From positions 4,554 to 68,553 of the forward strand of contig NZ_JAIXPP010000042.1 in assembly GCF_027486195.1 (NCBI RefSeq): DNA of 64,000 nt. The letters run 5' to 3'. Origin of the DNA: Novosphingobium sp. (GTDB taxonomy: Bacteria > Pseudomonadota > Alphaproteobacteria > Sphingomonadales > Sphingomonadaceae). The position numbers and the translations under genes were made by a program. Each line of letters begins with the position of its first letter. Positions within the stretch are counted from its first letter, which is position 1. This document shows, one piece after another, positions 26,255-36,416 of this stretch. Under the pieces are notes generated by a model. It saw nothing but the letters and a program-made list of their open reading frames with translations, made no database searches and was not told the origin of the DNA.

Positions 26255-28681
26255 TCAGAACGAGAACCGTGCCGAGAGATACCACTCGCGCGGGCGGCCA
26301 TAGACGCCCTCGGTGACTCCGCCGAAGGAATCGGCGTAACCCGAGCCGAGATAGAGTGCCTTGGTCAGGTTCTTGACGCCGAGGGTTGCACCCCACTTCT
26401 CTGTCGGGTCGGTGTAGGCAATCGCCGCGTTGACGAGGTGGTAGCCGTCCTGGATCAGCAGCGGCGTGTTGATCGCATCGTTGTAGACGCGGGTGCGGTA
26501 CGACCAGTCGATGCGCGGCTGGAAGCTGCCGATGTTGCCAGCCTGGATGTTGTAGGAAACCGCCGCGCTCATCGTCCAGCGCGGGGCATTCTGGAGCTTG
26601 GTTGCGGTCGTGACACCGGCATTGAGCGCGCGGATGTCGACATTGCGGTACTTGGCATCGAGATAGCCGAGGCCGCCCTCGATCCGCAGTCCATCCACGG
26701 GCCGCGCCTGGAACTCCAGTTCGAAGCCCTGGATGCGCGCTTCGGCAGCGTTCTGGATGATCGGCGCAAAGCCAAGGGTGGGATCATTTACCGTGATCTG
26801 CAGGTTCTTGTAATTATTGAGGAACACTGCACCATTCAGGCGAAGCTTGCGGTCAAACAGATCGCTCTTGAAGCCGAATTCGTAGGTCTCGCTGGTTTCG
26901 GGCCGGAACGAGGGAATGAACGCGAAGGGCGGGAACACACGCTGGGTGAAGCCACCGCCCTTGAAGCCCTTTGAGTAGGACACGTAGGTCAGTATCTCAG
27001 GGCTGAAGCGGTAGGACAGGCTTGTCATCGGCGTCCACGCCTTGTCCTTGATCGAGGACGTCCGCCCCAGCGGCCCCATCAGCGGATCGCCGTTCTTGAG
27101 CCCGGACCCATCAGGATTGAGCGGCGCACCGGTCAGGAAGCCTGCCTCGACCACGAACTGGTTCTCGTTGCTGAAGGACTTCTTGTCCTGCGTCCAGCGG
27201 ATGCCTGCGGTCAGGTTGAGATTGGGCACCACTTCGTAGGTCGCCTGGCCGAAAAATGCCAAGCTTTGGCCCTTCAGCGCCGCGCCGCTAAGGAAGACGG
27301 CGTCAACGATCTCAACCAGATCGCGATGGTTGCCGCTCTCGTCGGAGTAGTAGCCGCCGATCACCCAGTTGAGCTTCTTGTCGAGCAGATCGCCCAGAAG
27401 TTGCACTTCCTGCGAGAACTGGTGCTGCTTCCAGTCGCTGTTGGTCTGGATGATCGAGGCAGGGCTGTGGTCGGAATCGCGCGTCCAGAAGCCAGTCACC
27501 TTGCGGTAGGCCGTGATCGACTTGATCGAGAAATTGGGAGCAACCTTCCACTCGGCCGTGCCGGAAGCGCCCCAGATGTTCACATTCGAGGCTGACTGAT
27601 AGGGCTTGGGATTGAACCGGTTGAACACGTTCGAGACGGTCGTGAAAGTGCCGCCATGCCGGTAGGGTCCAACAACCCATTGGCTGTTGTAGCAGGAGGT
27701 ATTGGTCAGCCGCGCCGGGTTGGTCGTGTCGAGGCAGACGCCCGGTGCGCCGGAATAGGCGGCATTCCAGTAGGCGGCAGCCGGTGCGTTCTCGTTGATG
27801 GCGATGGCCACGTTGGGCGCTGAATTCTCGCGGGTGCGCGAACCGTCCACCGCAAGGTCGATGGTGAAATCGCTGCTCGGCTCCAGCCGCAGCGCGAACC
27901 GGCCCGCAAGATTGTCGGTATCGCCGAGATCCGGCGCGCCTGCGATCACGCCCTTCACGTAGCCGTTGCGCTTGTGCACGAAGCCCGCGAAGCTGGAGTA
28001 GACGCCCTCGGCAAGCGGGACATCGATGTTGCCCTTGATCTGGACCCGGCCAAAGCTGCCTGTCGTGGCTTCCAGCGCACCGCCAAGATCGCGGCCCGGC
28101 TTCTTGGTCACCACGCTCACGGCGCCGCCGATGGTGTTGCGGCCAAACAGCGTGCCCTGCGGCCCGCGCAGGACCTCGATCCGCTCGACGTTGAGAACAT
28201 CCAGCACGTTGCCCACACCGCGCGAGATGTAGACGCCATCCAGGTACAGTCCGACACCGGGATCGGCGGAGAGCTGGTAGTCGTTCTGGCCGATGCCGCG
28301 GATGAAGATCGCGGCGGTGGCGTTGCTGGCGGAAACCGGGACCGAGCTGTTGAATTTCACGTTCGGGGTGAAGTCGCCGATCTGGGTGACGTTGTCGATC
28401 CCGCGCTCCTGCAGGCCAGCGCCGGTAACTGCGGAGATGGCAATGGGGGTGTCCTGCAGTGACTCAGCGCGCCGGCGTGCGGTGACGGTGATCTCTTCGA
28501 CCCCGGTGTTGTCGGCTGCTTGTGCCTGCTGGGGCGCAGCCGCGGCTTGTGCGTGCGCGGTACCGGTGCCAACCAGCACTGCAAACAGCGATGCGCCCAT
28601 CAGCAATCCGCAGCGCTTGATCGCTTCCGCACTGATCTGCATGACCGGCATCCCCCCGGACATCACCGACAATCTTTGCAT
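26255..28681 (-). CDS. TonB-dependent receptor
   Basis: 808 aa with a signal peptide, a plug region (EEITVTARRRAESLQDTPIAISAV) and a terminal ...YLSARFSF. The start may be a few codons downstream. Confidence 0.9.
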   Translation of the reverse strand: MQRLSVMSGGMPVMQISAEAIKRCGLLMGASLFAVLVGTGTAHAQAAAAPQQAQAADNTGVEEITVTARRRAESLQDTPIAISAVTGAGLQERGIDNVTQIGDFTPNVKFNSSVPVSASNATAAIFIRGIGQNDYQLSADPGVGLYLDGVYISRGVGNVLDVLNVERIEVLRGPQGTLFGRNTIGGAVSVVTKKPGRDLGGALEATTGSFGRVQIKGNIDVPLAEGVYSSFAGFVHKRNGYVKGVIAGAPDLGDTDNLAGRFALRLEPSSDFTIDLAVDGSRTRENSAPNVAIAINENAPAAAYWNAAYSGAPGVCLDTTNPARLTNTSCYNSQWVVGPYRHGGTFTTVSNVFNRFNPKPYQSASNVNIWGASGTAEWKVAPNFSIKSITAYRKVTGFWTRDSDHSPASIIQTNSDWKQHQFSQEVQLLGDLLDKKLNWVIGGYYSDESGNHRDLVEIVDAVFLSGAALKGQSLAFFGQATYEVVPNLNLTAGIRWTQDKKSFSNENQFVVEAGFLTGAPLNPDGSGLKNGDPLMGPLGRTSSIKDKAWTPMTSLSYRFSPEILTYVSYSKGFKGGGFTQRVFPPFAFIPSFRPETSETYEFGFKSDLFDRKLRLNGAVFLNNYKNLQITVNDPTLGFAPIIQNAAEARIQGFELEFQARPVDGLRIEGGLGYLDAKYRNVDIRALNAGVTTATKLQNAPRWTMSAAVSYNIQAGNIGSFQPRIDWSYRTRVYNDAINTPLLIQDGYHLVNAAIAYTDPTEKWGATLGVKNLTKALYLGSGYADSFGGVTEGVYGRPREWYLSARFSF

Positions 28682-28931
28682 GATAAACTCCCCGTCATTA
28701 CCTGATTGTGTGCGACCGGAGCAAAACGGGCCAGTGGCGATGGTTTGCCAGCCAGCCCGGACCCCAAGCCCGATTATGCAAGTGTGATGCCTTGACTGCC
28801 CGCAAAGCGGCTAGCCTCTGAACGCCGGCTAGGACATGTCAGCGCCGCGAACATGGCCATGGATGGCATACTGCTTGGGGAGAACCGTCCGCGCGTACAC
28901 TGAAGGCAGCCATGCGGGACGGCGCCACGAA

Positions 28932-28961
28932 CAAGGGGGCAGCCTTGCGACTGCCCCCTTG
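28932..28961 (-). terminator. hairpin downstream of the AraC gene
   Basis: CAAGGGGGCAG-ccttgcga-CTGCCCCCTTG lies between the AraC stop and the TBDR promoter region. Confidence 0.45.
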
Positions 28962-29025
28962 TTGCTCAAACGGTACGAATATCCTCGCCTGCTGACCTGT
29001 CCGGGTCTGGTCGGCCCGACTGGGC

Positions 29026-30051
29026 TCAGTGGAAGCCGATGCGCTTCAGCGTCTCCGAAGGGCGCTGCCCGAAACGCTCGGTATAGTCGCGCGCGAACTT
29101 TGACAGGTGGGTAAACCCGCAGGAGAGGGCCACCTCGGTCACCGTGAGGCCGGTTTCGGCGGCCTCCTGCAACTGGCGATGCGCGAGCGAAAGGCGGCAG
29201 TTCTTGAGGTATACCATGGGTGTCGTCCCGCGGAACCGGCGGAAGCCCGTGTGCAGCGAGCGCGCCGATACGCCTGATACCGCGATCATTTCGTCAAGCG
29301 TGATCGGATCGGCGGCATGGTGCCGGATGAACTCCTCGGCCCGGCGCACATAATAAGGAGCCGGCGCTGCGGCCGGGGTATCGAAGAGCTCGGAATGATT
29401 GTGCGGCACAGCGGCAAGCAGCAACCGCTGCAGCGCCTGTTCGACCGAGCCAACCACGCGGGTATGGCTGAAGGCGGAAGATCCCCGGTCGAGATCGTCG
29501 CAGATCGTGCGCACCAGTTGCGCGAAGCTGACGGCAGCGCCCGAAAGCGAGACCGGTGTGTTGCAGAACCGCAGGTCAGCCGCCTTGAACCCGAGTTCCT
29601 GAGAAAGCGCAGCCTCGAGACCGCCCTTCGACAGCTTCACCGTGAAATGCTTGTAGCCTTCGCCAAAGACCTGCTGGACCCGCTCTCCGGGATTGAGCAC
29701 GCACATGTGCCCCGGCTCCATCTCGAAAGTCCGTTTGCCCTGCGTGATCCTCACCGCGCCGAACAGCGAGAACTGGACGAGATAGAGATTATCCATCGGG
29801 GGAATGTCGACGATGACCCGCCCGTAGGGATTGCCATAGTCCGTGGCGTTGAAGGAAACTGATCGCAGCGACGCATGGTGGTGGCGGAAGGCGATGGGCG
29901 GTCTGCCGCCTTCAAGGCGCAAATCGTGCGGGCAGAACATCTCGCTCATGTGGTGATGCACCTGGTCGATGTCGTGCGACAGCAGACGCGGAAAACTCGC
30001 CAGCGGCATGCCGCTGCCGTCCCAGCGGCTTGATGCGAGTGCAGGTACCAT
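29026..30051 (-). CDS. AraC-family transcriptional regulator
   Basis: C-terminal double HTH (ITLDEMIAVSGVSARSLHTGFRRF...VALSCGFTHLSKFARDYTERFGQRP). The start at 30051 was chosen for its GGGGGAG RBS and because it does not overlap the upstream gene. Confidence 0.85.
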   Translation of the reverse strand: MVPALASSRWDGSGMPLASFPRLLSHDIDQVHHHMSEMFCPHDLRLEGGRPPIAFRHHHASLRSVSFNATDYGNPYGRVIVDIPPMDNLYLVQFSLFGAVRITQGKRTFEMEPGHMCVLNPGERVQQVFGEGYKHFTVKLSKGGLEAALSQELGFKAADLRFCNTPVSLSGAAVSFAQLVRTICDDLDRGSSAFSHTRVVGSVEQALQRLLLAAVPHNHSELFDTPAAAPAPYYVRRAEEFIRHHAADPITLDEMIAVSGVSARSLHTGFRRFRGTTPMVYLKNCRLSLAHRQLQEAAETGLTVTEVALSCGFTHLSKFARDYTERFGQRPSETLKRIGFH

Positions 30052-30086
30052 AAGCGCGGCTCCCCCCTTTGTTATCCAATAGCCGG

Positions 30087-30809
30087 TCAGGCTCCCAGAA
30101 CCACTCCATCCATGATCAGATCGGGCTTCGGATAGGCCCGTTTGCTGTGGCTGAGTCCCTGATTCAGCAGCATATCGCAAGTCATCAGACCTACCAGCCC
30201 GGGATTCAAAACAGGCACGGGCAAATGCTCGGCCAGATAGCGGTGCGACTGGTGCATTGTCGTCGAGCCGAGGATCAGAACATCGGCGCCGTCCTCTTCG
30301 ATGGCGCGCTGCGCGGCCTCCAGCAAAAGCGGAAACACGCTGTCCTCCTTGCCGGCGAGCAGTTCGCTGGTATCGGGACGCACGCCGATCGAGCGGACCG
30401 ACGCAAGTCGTCCAGCGAGGCCGTTCTCGGCGAGGACCTTGTCATAAAGCCAGCGCCACCGGTCCCACATGCTGAGGATCGAGAAGCGGCGCCCCAACTG
30501 TGCGGCGAGGGCATATGTCGGCTGCGCTGCGCCGACGACGGGAATGGACAGCCGCGAGCGGAGTGCGGCGACCCCGGAGTCGCTCATCGAATTGACGCAG
30601 ACCGCAGCGCACCCGTCGGCTTCGGCCGTCGCACCGGCTTCGAGGCAGAAGGCATCCGCGATCGAACCTTCATAGATCGAGCCGAGTGCGCCGCCGCCCC
30701 TGGCTGCGCAGGTCATCTCGACCGTCACCCCCCGAGCCGCCAGCTCCGGAGGAACCTGCGCAGAAAAGGCGCGCAGGCCTTCTTCCGGCACAGGTACGGG
30801 GATGATCAT
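30087..30809 (-). CDS. Asp/Glu/hydantoin racemase-family protein
   Basis: MIIPVPVPEEG..., AVCVNSMSDSG and ADVLILGSTTMH resemble the two Cys/Ser-containing half-sites of the family. Start uncertain (30842 or 30809). Confidence 0.65.
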   Translation of the reverse strand: MIIPVPVPEEGLRAFSAQVPPELAARGVTVEMTCAARGGGALGSIYEGSIADAFCLEAGATAEADGCAAVCVNSMSDSGVAALRSRLSIPVVGAAQPTYALAAQLGRRFSILSMWDRWRWLYDKVLAENGLAGRLASVRSIGVRPDTSELLAGKEDSVFPLLLEAAQRAIEEDGADVLILGSTTMHQSHRYLAEHLPVPVLNPGLVGLMTCDMLLNQGLSHSKRAYPKPDLIMDGVVLGA

Positions 30810-31138
30810 CCTGATTCTTCGATCGCTCACGCCATACCTCACTGGATAGCTGGCTCAGCCGGTAACGGCCTCTGCGGCGATGCAAGGCAGCGTGCCGCAG
30901 CCCGATCACTCGGTGACAACAAGGTGACCCGCACGTGACATCAGGTCCAATACTGAATGCGGCATCATATCAGACCTAAAAGGTATGATCCGAAGCCCCC
31001 CGATCATCGCCCGGCAGGACGGCTTTCTGCCACCGTGGCCCATTTCCGCAGTCAGCGGCCAGCCCTTGCGCCTTCGGGATAGCCCGACTTGATCCCAGGG
31101 CGCAGCCTTGGGCGAATACGCAGAGTCATGGAGAGGGT

Positions 31139-31501
31139 ATGACGAGCACAAGTCAGTTGCCGGATCATTTCGCCGATCTCGCTCCGTTTCTTGAATGGGC
31201 ACAGCCAACCGAAGTCGGGCGCAACGCCAAGCGGTGGCGTTCCTCGCTGGAAGAGAGCCAGCGCTTCTACGACGCCATGCTCGAGCGCGGACCGGCGGCG
31301 TTGGAGTATCTCGGCGGGTTCGCGCTGGATGCCATCAGCGGACCAGATCGCACCCTGCTGAACCTGTGCCTCGCGCTCGCAGAGTGTTCGGCGACCATCG
31401 AGATGTACGAGAATCCGCAGCCCAAATACGTCTTTCCCATCGAACGGTTCGTGCCGGTGCACGACACCTGGGATGCTGCAAACCGGGGAGCAACGCTATG
31501 A
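31139..31501 (+). CDS. uncharacterised ~120-aa Rieske-oxygenase-associated protein (paralog 2)
   Basis: GGAGAGGG RBS. The stop overlaps the oxygenase ATG (ATGA). Paralog of 24044-24409 and 39102-39476. Confidence 0.6.
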   Translation: MTSTSQLPDHFADLAPFLEWAQPTEVGRNAKRWRSSLEESQRFYDAMLERGPAALEYLGGFALDAISGPDRTLLNLCLALAECSATIEMYENPQPKYVFPIERFVPVHDTWDAANRGATL

Positions 31502-32688
31502 CCACCGCGCCGTGCCGCTTCATGGACCGCTACCCCGAGGAAGGCCGCGATCCCGTCCCAGTGGAGCGCTATACCTCCACGGAATACTTCGATCTTGAGC
31601 GCGAACGCGTATTCCGCCGCAAATGGCTGAACGTCGGCAATGTGCTCCAGGCACCCAAGCCCGGGGACTACTTTGTCGCCGACCTCAAGATCCTCGATAC
31701 TTCGCTGCTGGTCATTCATGGCAAGGACGGCAAGTTCAGAGCCTTCCACAACCAGTGCTCGCACCGCGGCGCGCCGGTGGCGTGGGATGCGCAGGGCTCG
31801 TGCAAGGGCTATCTGGCCTGCCGGTTCCATGGCTGGGTCTACGATACCACCGGCAAGCTGGTGCATATCTCGGATGCCGAGAACTTCCCCGGCGTGAAGC
31901 CAGAGGACAACGGCCTGACCCCCGTCCATTGCGAGGTCTGGCAGAGCTTCGTCTTCGTCAATCTGGCCGCCGAGCCGGAAGAGACGCTGGCCGAGTTCCT
32001 CGCCCCGGTGGCGGGCGAGATCGGGCGATACGACTTCAGCGGCTTCACCCCGGCATTCTCCTACCGGATCGATGAGGCGGTGAACTGGAAAACGCTGCAG
32101 GAAGCGCAGCTGGAAGGCTGGCACCTGCCCTTCCTGCATGAAAAGACCCTCGCCCGCGCCGTGAAGACCGATGGCAATCAGTATCGGCACGCCAGCATCG
32201 AGCTTTACGGACTGCACGGCGTGCTCGGCTCGCCGCCGCCAGACAGCTTCACGCCCTCGCCCGTGGCGCAACTGGCCAGCCGCTTTGGCACCGGTACCGT
32301 CCAGGCCTTCGGCGCGAAGGTCGAGAATGAGGGTGAAGGCTACAAGTTTCGGGGCTCGTTCGATTTCTGGCATATCTTCCCCAACTACTTCGTGGGGCTG
32401 CTGAACGGTCTCTACTTCACGTTCAACATCTGGCCCGTCGCGGTCGACCGCAGCGTGTGGGAGATCAAGGGCTACTATCCCCCGGTCACGACCGCCGGGG
32501 AGCTGTTCGCGCGTGAATACTCCAAGGTTGGCTTGCGCGATCCGATGATGGAAGATTGCTTCACCCATGAGCTGATCTGCGCGCAGCTCAAATCCGGCGC
32601 GAAGCAGCATATCCATTTCCAGGATGAGGAAACGCTGGTCCGGCACCTCGGCAATGGGGTTGAGCGCTGCGTCCGCGGCCTTGCCTGA
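31498..32688 (+). CDS. Rieske non-heme iron oxygenase, alpha subunit (set 2)
   Basis: 396 aa with CSHRG...CRFHGW. The start at 31498 is preceded by GGGGAG. Confidence 0.9.
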   Translation: MTTAPCRFMDRYPEEGRDPVPVERYTSTEYFDLERERVFRRKWLNVGNVLQAPKPGDYFVADLKILDTSLLVIHGKDGKFRAFHNQCSHRGAPVAWDAQGSCKGYLACRFHGWVYDTTGKLVHISDAENFPGVKPEDNGLTPVHCEVWQSFVFVNLAAEPEETLAEFLAPVAGEIGRYDFSGFTPAFSYRIDEAVNWKTLQEAQLEGWHLPFLHEKTLARAVKTDGNQYRHASIELYGLHGVLGSPPPDSFTPSPVAQLASRFGTGTVQAFGAKVENEGEGYKFRGSFDFWHIFPNYFVGLLNGLYFTFNIWPVAVDRSVWEIKGYYPPVTTAGELFAREYSKVGLRDPMMEDCFTHELICAQLKSGAKQHIHFQDEETLVRHLGNGVERCVRGLA

Positions 32689-32718
32689 GCTGACGCGCCA
32701 AGAGATCCGGGAGTGACC

Positions 32719-33945
32719 ATGCGGAAGACTATGACAACGGGCGTGCTCGTCGTCGGCGCAGGGCACGCCGGCGCGGCCGTTGCCGCGCAGTTGCGTCAGG
32801 CAGGCTATGCCGCCCCGATCATGCTGGTCAATGACGAGGCGCGCCTGCCCTACGAGCGCCCGCCGCTCTCGAAGTTCTGCTTGCTCGATGCAGCGCAAGC
32901 GGAAGCGCCCTTGCTGCGTCCCCGCCACTTCTGGGCTGATGCCGAGATCGACCTTGTGAGCGGCGTGGAAGTTGTCGCGCTGAATCCGCTGGAGCGAAAG
33001 GCGGCACTGTCCGATGGCCGGACCGTTGCGTTCGACTGGTGCGTCCTTGCCACGGGCGGAAGGGCGCGGGCGCTTACCTGTCCTGGCGCTGATCTGCCGG
33101 GCAGCCATGTCTTGCGAGGTCACGCCGATATGGAGCGCCTCCGCGAGCACCTTGCCACCGCGCAGAACATCGCGGTGATCGGGGGCGGCTATGTCGGGCT
33201 TGAAGTGGCGGCATCCGCGCAGGCTCTGGGCAAGTCCGTCACGGTGATCGAAGCGCAGCAGCGGGTCCTCTCGCGGGTGACCTCCGCGCCCGTATCCCGC
33301 TTCTTCGAAAACGTGCACCGGCGCCATGGCGTGGATTTCCACCTCGGGCGAGCCGTATCGGCGCTCGCAGGCCATGAACGCGTCGAAGCGGTGTTGCTGG
33401 ATGATGGCACCGAGGTGGCGGCGGATGCGGTCATCGTCGGGATCGGGATCGATGCCGAGACCGCTCTTGCCGAGGCTGCCGGCATTGCCTGTCATGGCGG
33501 CGTTGTGGTGGACGCCCACTTTCGCAGTTCAGCCCCCCGCATCCTCGCGATCGGCGATTGCGCGCGCCATCCCAACGACTTCGCGGGCGGCATGTGGCGC
33601 CTCGAATCCGTGCAGCATGCCCAGGATTCCGCCGCAGTGGCCGCCATGACGATCATGGGCGAAACGCGGGTCTATCAGGACGTGCCGACATTCTGGTCCG
33701 AACAGTACGAACTGCGGCTGCAATCGGCCGGGATCGCGCGCGATGCAGACGACTTTGTGGTGCGCGGCGATCTGGACCACGGCCCGTTCTCGATCGTTTA
33801 TCTGCGCGAGGGCCGGATGATCGCGGTCGATTGCATCAACAATGCCCGCGAGTTCATGGCTGCTCGCAAGCTGATCGGAACCCGGGCAAGCCTTGACCGG
33901 GAGCTTGTCAGCGACACCTCCGTCTCCCTCCGGGCCTTCGCCTAG
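32719..33945 (+). CDS. FAD-dependent ferredoxin--NAD(P)+ reductase
   Basis: VVGAGHAGAAVA and VIGGGYVGLEVA dinucleotide folds. ...RLPYERPPLSK is typical of putidaredoxin-reductase-like enzymes. Confidence 0.85.
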   Translation: MRKTMTTGVLVVGAGHAGAAVAAQLRQAGYAAPIMLVNDEARLPYERPPLSKFCLLDAAQAEAPLLRPRHFWADAEIDLVSGVEVVALNPLERKAALSDGRTVAFDWCVLATGGRARALTCPGADLPGSHVLRGHADMERLREHLATAQNIAVIGGGYVGLEVAASAQALGKSVTVIEAQQRVLSRVTSAPVSRFFENVHRRHGVDFHLGRAVSALAGHERVEAVLLDDGTEVAADAVIVGIGIDAETALAEAAGIACHGGVVVDAHFRSSAPRILAIGDCARHPNDFAGGMWRLESVQHAQDSAAVAAMTIMGETRVYQDVPTFWSEQYELRLQSAGIARDADDFVVRGDLDHGPFSIVYLREGRMIAVDCINNAREFMAARKLIGTRASLDRELVSDTSVSLRAFA

Positions 33946-34847
33946 CCGTGGCCGTGCGCAGCGCTCGCGTGGATCTCGCAGCTGATCCGGATCAGCGTCG
34001 CCAGTTCTGGCGTTACGTCGCCCGAGCGATGGACCATCATGATCGGCGAGCGGGCGCCGCGGTCCGCAAGCGGCAGATAGCGGACATCATCCCGGCGCAG
34101 ACGCTGCACCGACTCCGGGACAACGGCAAAACCGGCATAGGCGGCGACCAGGCCGATCGCGGTCTGGAGTTCGCGCACTTCCATGATCTTGGCGGGCGTC
34201 AGGCCAAGGTCATGGATCACGCCCAGCACCTGATCCGCGTAGCTCGGGCGTGCCGGCCTCGGATAGACGATCAGCGGCTCGACCAGCAATTCGGACAAGT
34301 GCACGGCGCGGCCAACCGATACGAGATGGTGATCCGCCGGAACCGCTGCGACCAGTGGTTCGTCCGCCAGCACGATGCGGCGAACCGCCGGATCTTCCAC
34401 GCGCAAGCGGCCGAAACCCACATCGATCCGGCCCTCTTTCAGCGCCGTGATCTGTTCGACCGAAGAACACTCCAGCAGCGAAACGTCCGCGCTGATCGAC
34501 TCTTCGCGAAAGCGGCGGATCACCTGCGGCAGCAAGCCGTAGAGCGTCGAGCCGACGAACCCGATCACGAACCGGCGCCCGCCCTGATCGGACAGGCGGC
34601 CGACCATCGACTGGATCTGCTCCATCCCGGCCAGCACCTGGACCGCCTGCTCATGCAGAAGACGGCCCGCTTCGGTGAGCTTCAAGGGGCGGCTCGACCG
34701 GTCGACCAGCTCGGCCCCGACTTCTTCCTCGAGCAGGCGGATTTGCCGGCTGAGTGGCGGCTGGGCCATGTTGAGGAGCTGCGCCGCGCGGGTGAAGTTC
34801 CGCTCCCGGGCGACGGCGACGAAGTACCTGAGGCGCCTGAGATCCAT
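33942..34847 (-). CDS. catR: LysR-family regulator, CatR-like
   Basis: MDLRRLRYFVAVARERNFTRAAQLLNMAQPPLSRQIRLLEEE.... Divergent from catB. Confidence 0.85.
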   Translation of the reverse strand: MDLRRLRYFVAVARERNFTRAAQLLNMAQPPLSRQIRLLEEEVGAELVDRSSRPLKLTEAGRLLHEQAVQVLAGMEQIQSMVGRLSDQGGRRFVIGFVGSTLYGLLPQVIRRFREESISADVSLLECSSVEQITALKEGRIDVGFGRLRVEDPAVRRIVLADEPLVAAVPADHHLVSVGRAVHLSELLVEPLIVYPRPARPSYADQVLGVIHDLGLTPAKIMEVRELQTAIGLVAAYAGFAVVPESVQRLRRDDVRYLPLADRGARSPIMMVHRSGDVTPELATLIRISCEIHASAAHGHG

Positions 34848-34850
34848 ATC

Positions 34851-34865
34851 ATACCCTCAAGGTCT
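34851..34865. promoter_or_regulatory. putative CatR recognition site
   Basis: ATACC-ctcaa-GGTCT interrupted dyad in the catR-catB intergenic region. It is the reverse complement of the AGACC-N5-GGTAT form I recall for Pseudomonas CatR (4 of 5 positions match in one half). Confidence 0.45.
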
Positions 34866-34948
34866 TGCCGTTTGCGGAGGTCATTCACGGTCAGTTGGCA
34901 AAAATTGACCTGTTTTCAGTCTCTCTCAGCTTCAAAGACCATCCTGTC

Positions 34949-36112
34949 ATGACAGTCAAGATCACGCACATCGATACCTGGATTGTCGATGTACCGACAA
35001 TTCGACCCCATGTTCTGGCCATGACCTCGATCAGCCGACAGAGCATGACGCTGGTCCGCGTTCACACTTCCGATGGCGTCATCGGGCTCGGCGAAGGCAC
35101 GACGATCGGGGGGCTGGCCTATGGCGAAGAGAGCCCGGAATCGATCAAGCTGACGATCGACCAGTACATGGCGCCCTTGCTGATAGGTCAGATGCTGATC
35201 GATCCGGCCGCGCAGCTGGCGCCGATCCGCAGCACCATTGTCGGCAACCACTTCGCCAGGAACGCGGTGGAGACCGCGCTGCTGGATATTCAGGGGCAGC
35301 GGCTCGGGGTACCCCTCACCACGCTTCTGGGCGGGCGCCAGCGCGAACGGATCCCGGTACTCTGGACCCTTGCCAGTGGTGACACCGCCAAGGATATTGC
35401 GGAGGCGGAGGCCCTGATCGCCGGCCGGCGGCACAACATTTTCAAGCTGAAGATCGGCAAGCGTGCTTTGCGTCAGGATGTCGCGCATGTCGCTGCGATC
35501 AAGCGGGCGCTGGGCGACGAGGCCTCCGTGCGGGTCGACGTCAATCAGGCATGGGATGCGGTCACGGCGCTGCGCGGCGCCGCCATGCTGGCCGACGCCG
35601 GCGTCGATCTGATCGAGCAGCCACTGCCCCGCGCCGATCGCCTGGGGATGGCTCACCTGACCAGGCATTCGCCCCTCCCTATAATGGCGGACGAAGCCTT
35701 GCGCGGCCCGGTCGATGCGATGGACTACGTCGTCGCCGGTGCCTGCCATGCGTTTTCGATCAAACCGGCGCAGGCTGGCGGATTGTTCGCGGCGCGCGAC
35801 GTTGCGGCGATCGGAGAGGCCGGGCAGATCGGCATCTACGGCGGCACGATGCTGGAAGGCAGCATCGGCACCGCAGCATCGGCGCACCTGTTCGCGACGC
35901 TTCCCTCGCTCGGCTGGGGCACGGAGCTATTCGGGCCGCTCCTCCAGACCGAAGACATTCTGACCGAGCCGCTCGAATATCGCGACTTTGCCCTGACGGT
36001 ACCCGCTGCGCCGGGGCTCGGACTCAGTCTCGATCTCGACAAGATCAACCGCTTTCGCCGCGATGCGCCGTCAAGAACGGTCAGCACACCCGGACGACAG
36101 GAGAACAACTGA
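34949..36112 (+). CDS. catB: muconate cycloisomerase
   Basis: MR/MLE family: MTVKITHIDTWIVDVPTIRPH..., FKLKIG, VRVDVNQAWD, IEQP. Lies in cat gene context. Confidence 0.9.
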   Translation: MTVKITHIDTWIVDVPTIRPHVLAMTSISRQSMTLVRVHTSDGVIGLGEGTTIGGLAYGEESPESIKLTIDQYMAPLLIGQMLIDPAAQLAPIRSTIVGNHFARNAVETALLDIQGQRLGVPLTTLLGGRQRERIPVLWTLASGDTAKDIAEAEALIAGRRHNIFKLKIGKRALRQDVAHVAAIKRALGDEASVRVDVNQAWDAVTALRGAAMLADAGVDLIEQPLPRADRLGMAHLTRHSPLPIMADEALRGPVDAMDYVVAGACHAFSIKPAQAGGLFAARDVAAIGEAGQIGIYGGTMLEGSIGTAASAHLFATLPSLGWGTELFGPLLQTEDILTEPLEYRDFALTVPAAPGLGLSLDLDKINRFRRDAPSRTVSTPGRQENN

Positions 36113-36396
36113 TGCTTTTCATGGTAAGAATGGATGTGCACGTGCCCCACGAGCTCGATCCTGCGAAGTTTGACGCACTCAAGGCCACCGAGAAAGCGCG
36201 GGCGGAGGACCTGCAGCGCAGCGGCAAGTGGCGGCACCTCTGGCGCATCGCCGGACAATACGCGAACATCAGCATCTTCGATGTCGCCGATGCGGGCGAG
36301 CTCCACGAACTGATGATCAGCCTCCCGCTGTTCCCCTACATGACCACCGAGGTGACGGCCCTCTGCCGCCACCCTTCCGCCATTTCCGCCGACTGA
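36112..36396 (+). CDS. catC: muconolactone delta-isomerase
   Basis: 94 aa: MLFMVRMDVHVPHELDPAKFDALKATEKARAEDLQRSGKWRHLWRIAG.... ATGA-type overlap with catB. Confidence 0.9.
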   Translation: MLFMVRMDVHVPHELDPAKFDALKATEKARAEDLQRSGKWRHLWRIAGQYANISIFDVADAGELHELMISLPLFPYMTTEVTALCRHPSAISAD

Positions 36397-36416
36397 CCCG
36401 CAACGAGGAGGATGCC

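Noticed and set aside
31267-33519. 750-aa ORF on the minus strand, the longest spurious ORF in the window.
   Set aside because: It lies antisense to the Rieske oxygenase (CxH/CxxH motifs) and the ferredoxin reductase (two GxGxxG folds). I found no recognisable domains of its own.
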